A DNA stretch of 60,648 nt from positions 1 through 60,648 of IMG/VR virus record IMGVR_UViG_3300038424_000095; one strand, given 5' to 3'. The DNA is from a virus (taxonomy: Duplodnaviria; Caudoviricetes). The notes under the pieces were generated by a model. The model saw nothing but the letters and a program-made list of their open reading frames with translations, ran no database searches and was not told the DNA's origin. The position numbers and the translations under genes were made by a program. Positions 35,811-45,538 of the stretch are shown here, one piece after another; within the stretch, counting starts at the first letter, position 1; every line of letters starts with the position of its first letter.

Positions 35811-37582
35811 GGTGCCTTATATGCGGCCGTTGCGCTAGACCATGCGCCAAGCGGACCATCAAGTTCATTCCAGATAAACTGAACCGCTGAAGTGTTGGGG
35901 TTATAATAAATTCCCCATCCGTTATTCTCGTCACTTTGCGAGAGGTCGAAGTATCCATCGTCCTCTGTAGCCGAAACCCCGTAGTATGAAGAACTCGTAG
36001 GATCAGTCACTGTTCCGACGCCTACCGATACCACGTTGAACACGAGGCCGTTGGAAGTTGCAGGCGTGACACTCGATGTGGTGAACGTCGTGCCCGATGC
36101 CTGAGTCTGATTTTCCAACTTGCTTGACTTGTCGTATGGTACCGTTGCCGCTCCTGTCACGTCGAACAGAAGGTAGTCCTGGTTGTTTTGTGCATCCAGC
36201 GATACGGTGATCACGTTCGATCCTGCCGTAGTATTGGCCGAGTCAAGGATTGAGGCGTAATACATCTGACCAGCATCATCATCCTGGGCGGCTACCCTTG
36301 ATGTCCACGCGGCGGTATTGGCCCCGGTCGAAGCGATACCTGATATGGCACCAGCAGTTGCCATAAGAATCTGCAAGTTGCCCTTCGTGACAAATTGCGT
36401 GACGCTGCTCGTCGTACCAGAGCCGACGAACATGCTTTGAATAGCTATCACCCTAATCCCTGCCGCAGGTGCCGTCCCTGCCGATGCCGCTTTGAGGGCC
36501 ACGGCCATGTTGATGTAATTCTCGGGATCACCAGTCACCGTACATGCCGGATTAATAGGTGACGTAGAGGCGTATACGCGATACTGAGCATAGGAACCGT
36601 CGTAGGAATTTGTGCTGCCGGGTACGAGGCTGAAACCTGTACCCGCCGTCATTCGCTGAGACAAGGCTGTCGCAGAATCCTGCCAACCGACCATGTAGAT
36701 AAGGTCCCCTGTTTGTGATGGCGTCATGGAACCAGCAGTTAGGCTCGTTCCCGCCACCACGTTAGATGTCGAGGCATCTACCGGACTTGCTGAGGCTACA
36801 TTGTAAAATTCCGTGATCTTGAACGCCGTCCAGTTTGACGCCACGGATAAGGTTCCCGTGATCTTGCGTGGGCCGTTGGTGATATTCGGTTTCACCCACA
36901 GGGCATGTGTCTGCGTGTTGGTCGCATCGTAATATGTTATCGTGGGCGATCCGTAAGAATTGCTCTTGTCGTCGGAGATAGTATTGGTCGCTGTTCCGCT
37001 CCAGGTTGCGGCAACGATAAGGCAATTACCTGATAGGACGGGGTTCGCCAGTCTCACCGATCGTATCGTGGTTCCTGTCCCGCTTTGTTCGGCCATGTTG
37101 GCATCCCGGTGCTGAACGTATACAGGGGTTGCCGTTGCCGTGGAATTGTTCGTTACCGACACATTGGTTGTGTACGGGAGATAAGAACCTCCACTACTGA
37201 CAAAGTTGCCAGCGCCGCCTATTTGGGAAATCGTCACAGTGGCTCCAGAAGCAATTGCGGGGCCTGAGATAGTATATGTGATCGTGTTTGTCCCATCTCC
37301 GGTTATGGGACCAGTAGCTAAGACATAGTTGCCTGCGACAGATAAGGCTATGGTGTCCGCCGATCCATAATCTACGGCAACACTAAAGACGAGAACGAGT
37401 GTCGTCCCTGCCGATGGGATAGTTGCTGATACAAGAGTAGGTGCGCTTCCAGTAGTAGTCCCATTCCACGCACTAACAGCCTTACCGTCCCATGCTGATA
37501 TGACTTTTCCATCGACAGTAAAAGCGTTTGCCGCCCAAGGGATAACTAAGCATAGGAGCGCGAGAAGCAGCGTCTTTCTCAT
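35807..37582 (-). CDS. Secreted Ser/Thr-rich multi-beta-sandwich fibre-like protein
   Basis: Signal peptide ending ANA; repeated G(N/D)xLI beta-sandwich modules. Confidence 0.75.
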   Translation of the reverse strand: MRKTLLLALLCLVIPWAANAFTVDGKVISAWDGKAVSAWNGTTTGSAPTLVSATIPSAGTTLVLVFSVAVDYGSADTIALSVAGNYVLATGPITGDGTNTITYTISGPAIASGATVTISQIGGAGNFVSSGGSYLPYTTNVSVTNNSTATATPVYVQHRDANMAEQSGTGTTIRSVRLANPVLSGNCLIVAATWSGTATNTISDDKSNSYGSPTITYYDATNTQTHALWVKPNITNGPRKITGTLSVASNWTAFKITEFYNVASASPVDASTSNVVAGTSLTAGSMTPSQTGDLIYMVGWQDSATALSQRMTAGTGFSLVPGSTNSYDGSYAQYRVYASTSPINPACTVTGDPENYINMAVALKAASAGTAPAAGIRVIAIQSMFVGSGTTSSVTQFVTKGNLQILMATAGAISGIASTGANTAAWTSRVAAQDDDAGQMYYASILDSANTTAGSNVITVSLDAQNNQDYLLFDVTGAATVPYDKSSKLENQTQASGTTFTTSSVTPATSNGLVFNVVSVGVGTVTDPTSSSYYGVSATEDDGYFDLSQSDENNGWGIYYNPNTSAVQFIWNELDGPLGAWSSATAAYKAP

Positions 37583-39528
37583 TGAATGGTCCCCACATCG
37601 AGGCTCGGAATGAGTTCAAGAACAGTCGTGCTCGACGCCACTCCTACTCTCTGTATGAAGTGACCAGATGTCGTCGGCTCCGTAGTGGTGAGAAGCCCTG
37701 CCGTCCCATCACTCACGTAATAGATGCCGCCCTGAGTCAAGCCGGTTGTGGTGTATTTCCCCATTTTCCGGCATACCGTGGTTGAGATAGCCACGCACAC
37801 GGCAGGAAGGGTTGAGGCCGAATCAGCTTTGGCAAGGGCAAGACCTGTGCTTGAATTGATGTAATAGGCGCTGCCGGCTGACAGAGATGTCCCGGTGATG
37901 ACAAACTGCCCGTCCACATAGGCGTCGGTCGAAACCTTCGTGTCGTTGCTATTTGCTGCCTGAGTGGTCGCCGTCTCACCGTTTGGCAAAGCCCCGTTGA
38001 GGGTGAGCGTACCAGCCGTGTCGGTTAGTCCCGTGCTGATGGTTCCGTTGACCACGGCTCCAGAAGAGTTAAGATAGAGAAAATGGCTGTTTGTAAGGGC
38101 TGAACCGTCCAGTAGGCTGTATGTATTTCCGTCGGACCCCAAGGCATGCGAAGAGTCTTTGGTCCCAGTCCACAGTCCGTAAATGTCTGCTGCAGCCGCT
38201 ATAGAAGGCACACCGGTTGCCGTCGTATTCTTGACAACACCGGTTCCCAAACTAGACATCAAGACGCCATTGATCCCTTTGACCGTCATAGCCAGGGACC
38301 CGGCAGTGTTGGTCGCATCTCCGGTATGGGCCGGTTGAGCCGCCGTGGGAAGGGTGGTCTGAAGACTCAAGGTGCCCGAGGTATCGTACAGGATACCTGT
38401 AGCGGCTGCCAAGGTAGGAACGGTAACGTTATTTATCTTGGCAACAGTAGTTGCGCCCTGCGTACCCGTCACATCCCCTGCTACGGCCTCAGAGGATATG
38501 AGTCCCCATGACGGGGTTGTTCCAGATTTCAGAACAGATCCCGTAGCCACAGTTGCGAGTCGTGCAGGGGCACCCCCTGTATCTCCTACGATGATGTCGC
38601 CAACATTAGTCATGGGGTTTGTCAGGGCTGAGCCTACCGCACCGTAAGGACCGACGGTTGAACCGTTTATGTAGGCGTAAAGGCCGCTGGTAGTCGTCCA
38701 AACATCCCCATTGTTCGGAGCCGCTGGTGCAGAGCCGTGAGGCATATTAAGACTTGCCCCGCCACTTGCCGAGGTTGCCGTAACGATCTTGTCGCCAGAG
38801 GTATACCACCCCGTGAGGGCCTTCATGGCTGCATAGCTGGCCGCACTGACGAGGCTAAGCCCATTGGCCGAGGGAGCTGCCCCGGCAAACGAGGTGAGGT
38901 TGGCCGATAGAGGCTGACCACCTATCGATACCAGGGCCTGTCCCGCCGTCTCTCCCGAAAGTGTCTGGAAGAACGCCGAGGGAGGCATCCCGGCATAAGC
39001 GCCGAGGTTGGCGCTGTACGCCTGTACGTTCGTTCCCGGGACAAGGCTCAGGTCCGTCCGCATCTGGGAGAAGGTGTGACCTGCCATCGTCACGGCATTA
39101 GCACTGAAGCCGAGGAAGGTGAGCGTCTGAGCCGCAGAATACCCACCAAACACACCATTGTTGTTGTACTGGATGTAGGTATTGTTGCCGCCAGGAGAGG
39201 TAGCGCCAGTCCCTGCGGTAAAACTACAGGACCCCGGAGCCGTGCAGTACAGATACCCCGCCGTTTCTGTGATAGTCGTATCCCACGCGGCACCTCCGGA
39301 CACCGTGACGATTCCAGTCCCGACCGGATAGGACGTGAAAGCCGCTATGGCACTATGGATTGCCGCATCGATGAGGGTAAAGTTGTTCGACACGGCAGGG
39401 CCCCAGAGCGAAGGAGCATCCCCCTGAGCCGGCACGAACAGGTTGTAGTACGTCGTGTAGGTCCCGGCATTGAGACAGGCAGGGAAGATAAGCGCCAGGG
39501 CCATCAAGATTGAGAAGAACTTCTTCAT
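37579..39528 (-). CDS. Fibre protein with signal peptide, fibre-attachment motif and C-terminal head-fibre/cement-like domain
   Basis: MKKFF...LNA then TTYYNLFVP..GD...WG....NNFTLID; C-terminal LAKAD...GGIYYVS...QRVGVA. Confidence 0.75.
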   Translation of the reverse strand: MKKFFSILMALALIFPACLNAGTYTTYYNLFVPAQGDAPSLWGPAVSNNFTLIDAAIHSAIAAFTSYPVGTGIVTVSGGAAWDTTITETAGYLYCTAPGSCSFTAGTGATSPGGNNTYIQYNNNGVFGGYSAAQTLTFLGFSANAVTMAGHTFSQMRTDLSLVPGTNVQAYSANLGAYAGMPPSAFFQTLSGETAGQALVSIGGQPLSANLTSFAGAAPSANGLSLVSAASYAAMKALTGWYTSGDKIVTATSASGGASLNMPHGSAPAAPNNGDVWTTTSGLYAYINGSTVGPYGAVGSALTNPMTNVGDIIVGDTGGAPARLATVATGSVLKSGTTPSWGLISSEAVAGDVTGTQGATTVAKINNVTVPTLAAATGILYDTSGTLSLQTTLPTAAQPAHTGDATNTAGSLAMTVKGINGVLMSSLGTGVVKNTTATGVPSIAAAADIYGLWTGTKDSSHALGSDGNTYSLLDGSALTNSHFLYLNSSGAVVNGTISTGLTDTAGTLTLNGALPNGETATTQAANSNDTKVSTDAYVDGQFVITGTSLSAGSAYYINSSTGLALAKADSASTLPAVCVAISTTVCRKMGKYTTTGLTQGGIYYVSDGTAGLLTTTEPTTSGHFIQRVGVASSTTVLELIPSLDVGTIQ

Positions 39529-39538
39529 CGTGTCCTCC

Positions 39539-40780
39539 CTACTCCGACAGGATCAGGAGTTTCACGTCATTAAGGGCTGACAGGTTAGTACCGTCCGGGA
39601 TCTCAAGGGGAACTTTTGTCTGAACATCTTCAGGAAGACCCCACAGATAGGTAGGCTTCACGGTAAGTGAGGCCGCAACGCCAGTCCCCGAGGTCCATGT
39701 TCCCGCAGTAACCGCCTTGGTCTTCTGATACCAGTTCGTCGGCTGCCACTGAGTCGTGGACCCGACGGTCATGCCGATCCCGCCTATGGGCCACGTCGCC
39801 GAGGTCGTGGAAAGCGTTACCGATGGCATGAATCCCGGCGTGCTCCACAGGAGGGGTTGCTTCACGAGTGCCGCTGAAGCCGCATGGGTGTAGACCTGAG
39901 ACGATGACGCGGCCGAATCCTCCTCGATGAACCGGTCATAGAGAAAGCCTGCCGCCGGCTTCTTGAGATAATTGAAGACGATGGTGGCCGTTGCCGCATC
40001 CCAATTGGCCGTGGTGACGACGCTCATGGTCGTCGCCGCAGGGCTGGTATTCGTCCAGTCGAGGGCGTATTCTCCCGCAACTGTTGTTTCCCCTTTCTGA
40101 CATGGCTTCGGCGCGCTTACCGTCGTGCTGAGTTTGAGACCTACCATAAGGCCGCACAGAAAACCCGTCCCTACGCTGATGAAACTAATCGTGTCTGGAG
40201 TGCCCGCCGTGAACGTGATACCGTTGGTTGTGGTAGCCCCGGCGGCCATCGTCTCACCCTCAACGAGGTTGTCGAAGACTTCCTTCCACGCCTGGGTAAT
40301 GTAGGAAATAGTGATGGTTGTGTAGCTGTCGGCATCCAGAGACGTAATGGTGGCTCTCGTCCCCGGGGTTCCAGACTGCATGTCGATGCTGATGGTCTTG
40401 GTGACGGGGTTCAGTCCCTTCGGCAGGAGTCCGAGCGCCTGGTTCGCGTTCGAAGCATAGATCGGCCATGCCATCGGGTACTTCGTCGTGCCCGTGTCGT
40501 AAGTCGTGCCTGCCGTCATGGTGACTACTTCTTCGAATACCACCAAAGGCGCCGGCGCAAACACCCTCATCTTCTTGTTCGTGTAGTCATACTTGAAGAC
40601 GTATCCCGCAGGGTTCTCCGGAAGAATAAGGCTCACCGGCCCCGCGGGAAGACCGAAAAGAACGTTGGGGTCAAACGCTTCACCGCCGTAGGAGTAAGAA
40701 CTGTCCATGGCAATCGAGGCAAGGATCTGCTGTCTCTTTCCGACGACGTCATAGTCTTTCGTATTTACCGAGATTCCCAT
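39539..40780 (-). CDS. Minor capsid/decoration-like protein with large insertion
   Basis: SYSYGGE...GYVFKYD...K N-part and EIPDGTNLS C-part; located in the head operon. Confidence 0.6.
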   Translation of the reverse strand: MGISVNTKDYDVVGKRQQILASIAMDSSYSYGGEAFDPNVLFGLPAGPVSLILPENPAGYVFKYDYTNKKMRVFAPAPLVVFEEVVTMTAGTTYDTGTTKYPMAWPIYASNANQALGLLPKGLNPVTKTISIDMQSGTPGTRATITSLDADSYTTITISYITQAWKEVFDNLVEGETMAAGATTTNGITFTAGTPDTISFISVGTGFLCGLMVGLKLSTTVSAPKPCQKGETTVAGEYALDWTNTSPAATTMSVVTTANWDAATATIVFNYLKKPAAGFLYDRFIEEDSAASSSQVYTHAASAALVKQPLLWSTPGFMPSVTLSTTSATWPIGGIGMTVGSTTQWQPTNWYQKTKAVTAGTWTSGTGVAASLTVKPTYLWGLPEDVQTKVPLEIPDGTNLSALNDVKLLILSE

Positions 40781-40792
40781 GGCAGCCCTCCC

Positions 40793-41056
40793 CTAATTGC
40801 CCCAAGCGATGAATGATCCGCTCTTGTTGGCCACCGTGACGATGGTAATGCTGCCACCTGCGAGTGGGAAAGACTCGTTGACAACAGGCGCAGACGTGAT
40901 GACTGCCGACCCCCATTCCTGAATGATGCAACCGTCGATGTGGTTCAGACCGGTAGCAATCTCTCCCCCCGTCGAGCCACTGTCACTGACGTAGGTACCC
41001 GTGACAACCTCATGGGTCGACATTATGTCGTGCTGGTACGTGACTGTGAAAGCCAT
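40793..41056 (-). CDS. Small virion protein
   Basis: AGGAGG RBS before MAFTVTY; GGEIATGL...WG motif. Confidence 0.7.
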   Translation of the reverse strand: MAFTVTYQHDIMSTHEVVTGTYVSDSGSTGGEIATGLNHIDGCIIQEWGSAVITSAPVVNESFPLAGGSITIVTVANKSGSFIAWGN

Positions 41057-41073
41057 TTCGCACACCTCCTGAA

Positions 41074-41101
41074 GGGAGGAGCCCCTTACGAGCCCCTCCC
41101 G
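41074..41101 (-). terminator. GC-rich stem-loop after the capsid/decoration genes (attenuator or processing site)
   Basis: GGAGGGGCTC-GTAAG-GGGCTCCTCC on the - strand; no clear U-tract. Confidence 0.45.
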
Positions 41102-41110
41102 CATAATTCT

Positions 41111-41827
41111 TTAGTCCTGCGACAGATACACAGGACAGTACTTCGTGTTGACGGACGCATAGGAGTAGGACTGTCCGAAGAGTCCACCGAGATAGTTGGC
41201 CGCGATCTTGTAACTGCCCGCCGTAGCCGACATCTCGAGCACCCCGCCGAGCGCCGTGTTTCCCGTGTTCAGGGCTATTGCCTCCCCCCCGGTCTGCGCC
41301 CAGTAGTAGTAGGCTGCCGTCACCGCTATCGGAGCGACACCGGCGAAGAAGCCCGCGACTGCGGCCGTCTCCGTCACGCCGTTCCACGGGTTAGGAACCA
41401 GGGACACGCTGTCAGTCGCAAGGACCGCCACTCTTATGGGCTCGCGCAAGCTGATGTTGATTGCCGCACTGCCGGTCGTGCTGGTCCCATGTGACGATAT
41501 CCTGTACTGCTCGCCCGCCGTACCGGTAGATGTGTCGTACACCTGAAGAAGACCGTCATCGTACTCATTCGCAGTGACAGCTTCAGCCCCGAGGGTCACA
41601 CTGATCTCCCGGACCCCTACCGCAGCCGCAGCCGGGGTGAGGGCGATGTTGACCGTGCCGGCGTTTGCCCCTGTCCCCACTTTCCCGGCAACAAGGGCGG
41701 TTGCTCCCGCCCTGGCGTACCGGAATTTTCGCCCGTCGTCGTCGATCCTCAGCATCCCGAACCGGTGTTTCTTGGTAAGGGACTGCTCATAGATGCTCTG
41801 TTGAAACGAGGTAAGTAAGCCTCCCAT
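41111..41827 (-). CDS. Capsid decoration/cement protein, paralog 2
   Basis: GRKFRYARAG...YYYWAQTGG; collinear with the neighbouring paralog. Confidence 0.75.
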   Translation of the reverse strand: MGGLLTSFQQSIYEQSLTKKHRFGMLRIDDDGRKFRYARAGATALVAGKVGTGANAGTVNIALTPAAAAVGVREISVTLGAEAVTANEYDDGLLQVYDTSTGTAGEQYRISSHGTSTTGSAAINISLREPIRVAVLATDSVSLVPNPWNGVTETAAVAGFFAGVAPIAVTAAYYYWAQTGGEAIALNTGNTALGGVLEMSATAGSYKIAANYLGGLFGQSYSYASVNTKYCPVYLSQD

Positions 41828-41839
41828 ATTGCACCCCCT

Positions 41840-42559
41840 CTATGCCGTGAGGAAGATCGGGCAATACTTGCCGTCCGCCGCCGCGTAACCATATGTCTGA
41901 CCGAGGACACCACCCAAGAAGTCACCTGCCGTGATAAAGGCGCCTGCGGTCGAGCAGAGCTCGATACAGGTCCCAAGGGCAGTCACGCTCTTGTTGAGGG
42001 CTACCGCCTCTCCGTGCATCTGATCCCAGAAGTAGTAGCCACTCGTCACCGCGATACTCGGCACGCCGGCGAACATCTCTGCCGCTGCCGCGCTCTGAAT
42101 CACCACCGACCACGGATTCGGGATAAGCGACCACGTATCGGTTGATATGATGGCCACTCTGATGGGCTCTCTCAGAGAGACCGAGATGGCTTCCGACCCT
42201 GCCGCCGATACCCCATGGCTCGAGATGCGGTACTGGGTGCCGACGGTGCCCGCCGCCCCATCGTAAACCTGCAACCAGCCATCGTCGTACTGGCTTGCCG
42301 TGCAGACCGTACCCCCAAGGGTGAAATTGACCTGCTTGTCTCCGACAGCCGCCGCACCAGCCGCCGCCACGGTCTGCTTGATGTGGTTCGTGATGCCGGG
42401 AGCCGCAGTTGTCATCTGTCCGGCAAGGAGCGTCCCGCCTGCTTTCGCATAGCGGAAGATCCTGCCGTCGTCCTCGATCCGGATGGTTCCGAGTCTATGT
42501 TTCTTCGTCGAGGACTGGTCGTGAATTCCCTGTTGAAAAGATGTCAGTAGACCTCCCAT
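41840..42559 (-). CDS. Capsid decoration/cement protein, paralog 1
   Basis: GRIFRYAKAG...YYFWDQMHG; immediately after the major capsid gene. Confidence 0.75.
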   Translation of the reverse strand: MGGLLTSFQQGIHDQSSTKKHRLGTIRIEDDGRIFRYAKAGGTLLAGQMTTAAPGITNHIKQTVAAAGAAAVGDKQVNFTLGGTVCTASQYDDGWLQVYDGAAGTVGTQYRISSHGVSAAGSEAISVSLREPIRVAIISTDTWSLIPNPWSVVIQSAAAAEMFAGVPSIAVTSGYYFWDQMHGEAVALNKSVTALGTCIELCSTAGAFITAGDFLGGVLGQTYGYAAADGKYCPIFLTA

Positions 42560-42571
42560 GGTCCACCTCCC

Positions 42572-43546
42572 TTAAGCCGTCAGCCCGGAATGACGGATGT
42601 GGGCCTTCCGGTTGCTGTTGATCAAATTGCCGTGCCAGAAGATCTTCATCGACTTGGCCGGCTGGTTTGCGACGATGAGGGACACCCACGGGAACCTCTG
42701 GAAGAAGCCGTCGGTGTGGATCGCCCATCCGATGTAGTTCTTGTTCAGGGCGTAGAAATTGCCCGAACCGGCGTAATCGTCGACCGCGAGTAGCATCCCC
42801 TCGAACCACAGGTTGACAAAGCCCGCCTTCACGGTGTCGGTGTCCTGGGTGAATCTCTGCTGGACCTGTAGTCTGCCCGCGATGACGTTGTAGAGCGTCT
42901 CCGTGGTGAGCCCCACGTCCGGCTTGCCCTCGGCGCTGTCGTTGATCTTGGCCGTCGACCGCATGGTTCTGATCACGTCGAGGCTGATCGACTCCGCGGT
43001 GGTCGTGGTCCTTCCGGTCCATGGCTTCGTCCCGTCGCTTGACACAACGGTGTCTTCCGACAGGGACTCATAGGCCAGCGTCGTGGTCGTGCCGGTTGCC
43101 GCATTCAAGCCGGTGATTTCTTCGGCGCCGTCGGCCGCGGAATTGTAGATGTTCTCCGCGAGGAGCCTGCGGGCTTTCTTCTGTGCGCCTTTTGCCTGGG
43201 CAAGAATAAGCTTCACCTTCGCCATCTCGCCGTTGTTGCTGATCTCATCGACCATGTGGATGGTGCCGCTGCCGTAGACGTGCTTCCATTGGGTGTATGC
43301 GGCGTTGATGATTTCTCTCTGGTCGCTGTTGAGAGCCGTTCCCTTGGTGAAGAAACCGCCCGGAGGAAGATCATAGTCGAGGTTGATCCTGATCCGGTCT
43401 CCGCCTTCGGGCCGGTCGAAAAGTCCCATCTTCTTGTCCATGAAGTAGTTCAGGAAGAAGGACTCCTTGTAATAAATGTCGACTGCTTCCTTCGTAGCGA
43501 AGTAATCGTTGGTCACTGATTGAACTTCTGTGAATGTCCAGGCCAT
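42572..43546 (-). CDS. Major capsid protein
   Basis: 324 aa after the scaffold; GGDRIR, ITGLNAA, AGFVNLWFEG, GNLINSNRKAH pattern. Confidence 0.85.
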   Translation of the reverse strand: MAWTFTEVQSVTNDYFATKEAVDIYYKESFFLNYFMDKKMGLFDRPEGGDRIRINLDYDLPPGGFFTKGTALNSDQREIINAAYTQWKHVYGSGTIHMVDEISNNGEMAKVKLILAQAKGAQKKARRLLAENIYNSAADGAEEITGLNAATGTTTTLAYESLSEDTVVSSDGTKPWTGRTTTTAESISLDVIRTMRSTAKINDSAEGKPDVGLTTETLYNVIAGRLQVQQRFTQDTDTVKAGFVNLWFEGMLLAVDDYAGSGNFYALNKNYIGWAIHTDGFFQRFPWVSLIVANQPAKSMKIFWHGNLINSNRKAHIRHSGLTA

Positions 43547-43580
43547 GTTTGGCCACCTCCTGCCTTAGAATCGGCGGAAG

Positions 43581-44516
43581 CTACCGGCCGGCTCCTGCCC
43601 GTTGTCGCTCCAAATGGCGCTGAAGGACAATGTCGTCTGCCTGCCTTCCGCTCGCGTTTTTCAAGTCATCGTCTGTTGAGCCGCTGATGACCGGAGCCGT
43701 ACCGCTCGCATGGGTCACCGTGGCATGTCCTTTTGCCTCGAATTCCTTTCTGGTCTTCTCGACGGCCTCTTTCACCGCCTTCTCCGTGGCTGCGGTGATC
43801 CTCTTGTCGAGGGTCATGGCCTCGTAAGCGGAAATTGCCGTCGTGTGGAGGGGGTTCTCTTCCATGAACTTCTTGATCTCCCCCTTGTCCCACATCTCTT
43901 TGAAGTCGGGATGGTCTTTCTGGTAGCCTTCGAGCGCCTTGGTGATGGTCTCGACCTGAGTGTTGACCTGCGTCTGCTGGGCGGCCTTCTGTGCCTTGGC
44001 GTCCATGATCTGAGAGGCTTTGTACGTCGCCTCCGCGACCACGTTAGCGTTGTAGCCGACAGGATCGTCCTGCATCCATTCGAGGATCTCGTCCTTCGAC
44101 ATCTTGGACGTGTCCTTAAAGGGCAGTTCCTCGACTTTCGTCTCTGGGACAGGGGCCGGTTGGGCCTTCGCCGCATCCTCTAAGGCCTTCGCCCGTGACT
44201 CTGCCGCTATCCTGGCCTCGCGCTCTTTGGTTACCTCGTCCCTTGCCGTGTCTCTTGCTGTCTTCAGCCTCTGCCATGCAGGGTCTTTGTGGTACGGCTG
44301 AGGGACATCTTCCTCCGCTCCCGCTTCCTTCTTCTCAGGTTCCTCTTTGTCCTTGGCACCAGCGGTATCGCCGCCACTCGCATCCCCGAGGGGGGTGTCA
44401 TCAGGTTCATCGGATACCTGGTCGATGGAGGTAGACGATGTCTCCATCACCGCATTCAGTCCGGCGTCGCGGAAGTCTGCGGTTTCTTGTTTAGCGTCCT
44501 GGGTTTCTTCGGCCAT
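43581..44516 (-). CDS. Scaffolding protein
   Basis: Acidic disordered N-terminus, PYHKDPAWQRL coiled coil; directly upstream of the capsid gene. Confidence 0.8.
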   Translation of the reverse strand: MAEETQDAKQETADFRDAGLNAVMETSSTSIDQVSDEPDDTPLGDASGGDTAGAKDKEEPEKKEAGAEEDVPQPYHKDPAWQRLKTARDTARDEVTKEREARIAAESRAKALEDAAKAQPAPVPETKVEELPFKDTSKMSKDEILEWMQDDPVGYNANVVAEATYKASQIMDAKAQKAAQQTQVNTQVETITKALEGYQKDHPDFKEMWDKGEIKKFMEENPLHTTAISAYEAMTLDKRITAATEKAVKEAVEKTRKEFEAKGHATVTHASGTAPVISGSTDDDLKNASGRQADDIVLQRHLERQRAGAGR

Positions 44517-44534
44517 TTGTGGCCTCCTTTGGTA

Positions 44535-44640
44535 GAATAAAAAAGCCCCTCAAGGAACCGACTCTAAGTCCGGCTCCGAGAGGGGCAATGTGCCCGTGTC
44601 GGCTTTCCTATCCGTGCATCACAGTGAGGGGCGGATAGGC
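44535..44640 (-). promoter_or_regulatory. Structured leader/attenuator upstream of scaffold-capsid genes
   Basis: Two hairpins; the second is followed by a U6 tract; an 8-nt segment can pair alternatively. Confidence 0.55.
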
Positions 44641-44888
44641 GTTAGTTGTCGCTTATGCTCTACTTCATGTCTGAACCTCCATGGATCTGGACGTAAATAG
44701 AAGCTACCATCCCACAGACACTAACGGCCAAGATGGCGATCAGGGCATATGGTTCTATCTGGAAAATGAAACTGAAAAAGCTATCCATCACGCCGCTTCC
44801 CCCTTCTCTTTCAGCAGCGCCTCCAATATCCCGATCATGCCTTTCAGACCCCTAATAATGGCATGGATGAGGAGGCGCGACTCAGAGG

Positions 44889-45158
44889 TCATCTAAATTT
44901 TCTCCTCCACCACGGGCCAAGAGGTGGAAGCAGGTGGCCTTCCCACCGTACTTCCTCTTTCGGTTCGTCAAGACTTGCTGGAGGCATCACACGGATGATG
45001 GCTATTTTAGATACATCGACGAACATTTTTGAGTTCTGGCCTTGAAGAGTCAGGGTTTTGTGAAATGGCCCTTCTTCCGGAAGGACTGTGCCCCCGCAGA
45101 AAGAACCGCCTGTAGTCCAGACCATTAAGACTTTGCCCGTCATCTCGTCTATGGTCAT
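44889..45158 (-). CDS. Hypothetical protein
   Basis: ATGA-coupled ORF. Confidence 0.5.
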   Translation of the reverse strand: MTIDEMTGKVLMVWTTGGSFCGGTVLPEEGPFHKTLTLQGQNSKMFVDVSKIAIIRVMPPASLDEPKEEVRWEGHLLPPLGPWWRRKFR

Positions 45159-45538
45159 ACCTCGATCCTCTCCCGCTCCATCTTCTGTCTCAAGAGCCTG
45201 GCCGCCATCCTGTCCTCGTCGAATTCAGGCTCCCGCCTCCTCTCTTCCCCTGGTTCCATGTGCCTGATGCCTTCCTTCTGCATGAGGATGCGAAGGTTCT
45301 CCCGGGTCGGCGACTTCATGAAGGCCTGGACGTGAGGCTTGGTTGACTCCTTGTCGACCACGTCTCGGATGCTATTGATCCATTCCGCGGTATCGGGCAG
45401 CCTCTTCCCGGCCGAATTGCCGAAGAACTTGTGCATGTCGGCGCCACATTCAGGGCAGGGGATAGTCTCGACGTCCCGATCCACGATGGATTCGGCAATG
45501 GTGGAGCAGTCCGAGCAGACGAAGTCAAAAAGTAGCAT
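45155..45538 (-). CDS. FmdB-like Zn-ribbon protein
   Basis: FDFVCSDC...CPECG...K. Confidence 0.75.
   Translation of the reverse strand: MLLFDFVCSDCSTIAESIVDRDVETIPCPECGADMHKFFGNSAGKRLPDTAEWINSIRDVVDKESTKPHVQAFMKSPTRENLRILMQKEGIRHMEPGEERRREPEFDEDRMAARLLRQKMERERIEV

Noticed and set aside
41111-42559. Diversity-generating retroelement TR/VR pair or assembly duplication
   Set aside because: Differences are not adenine-specific, both copies are full genes, no reverse transcriptase is present, and divergence is too high for misassembly
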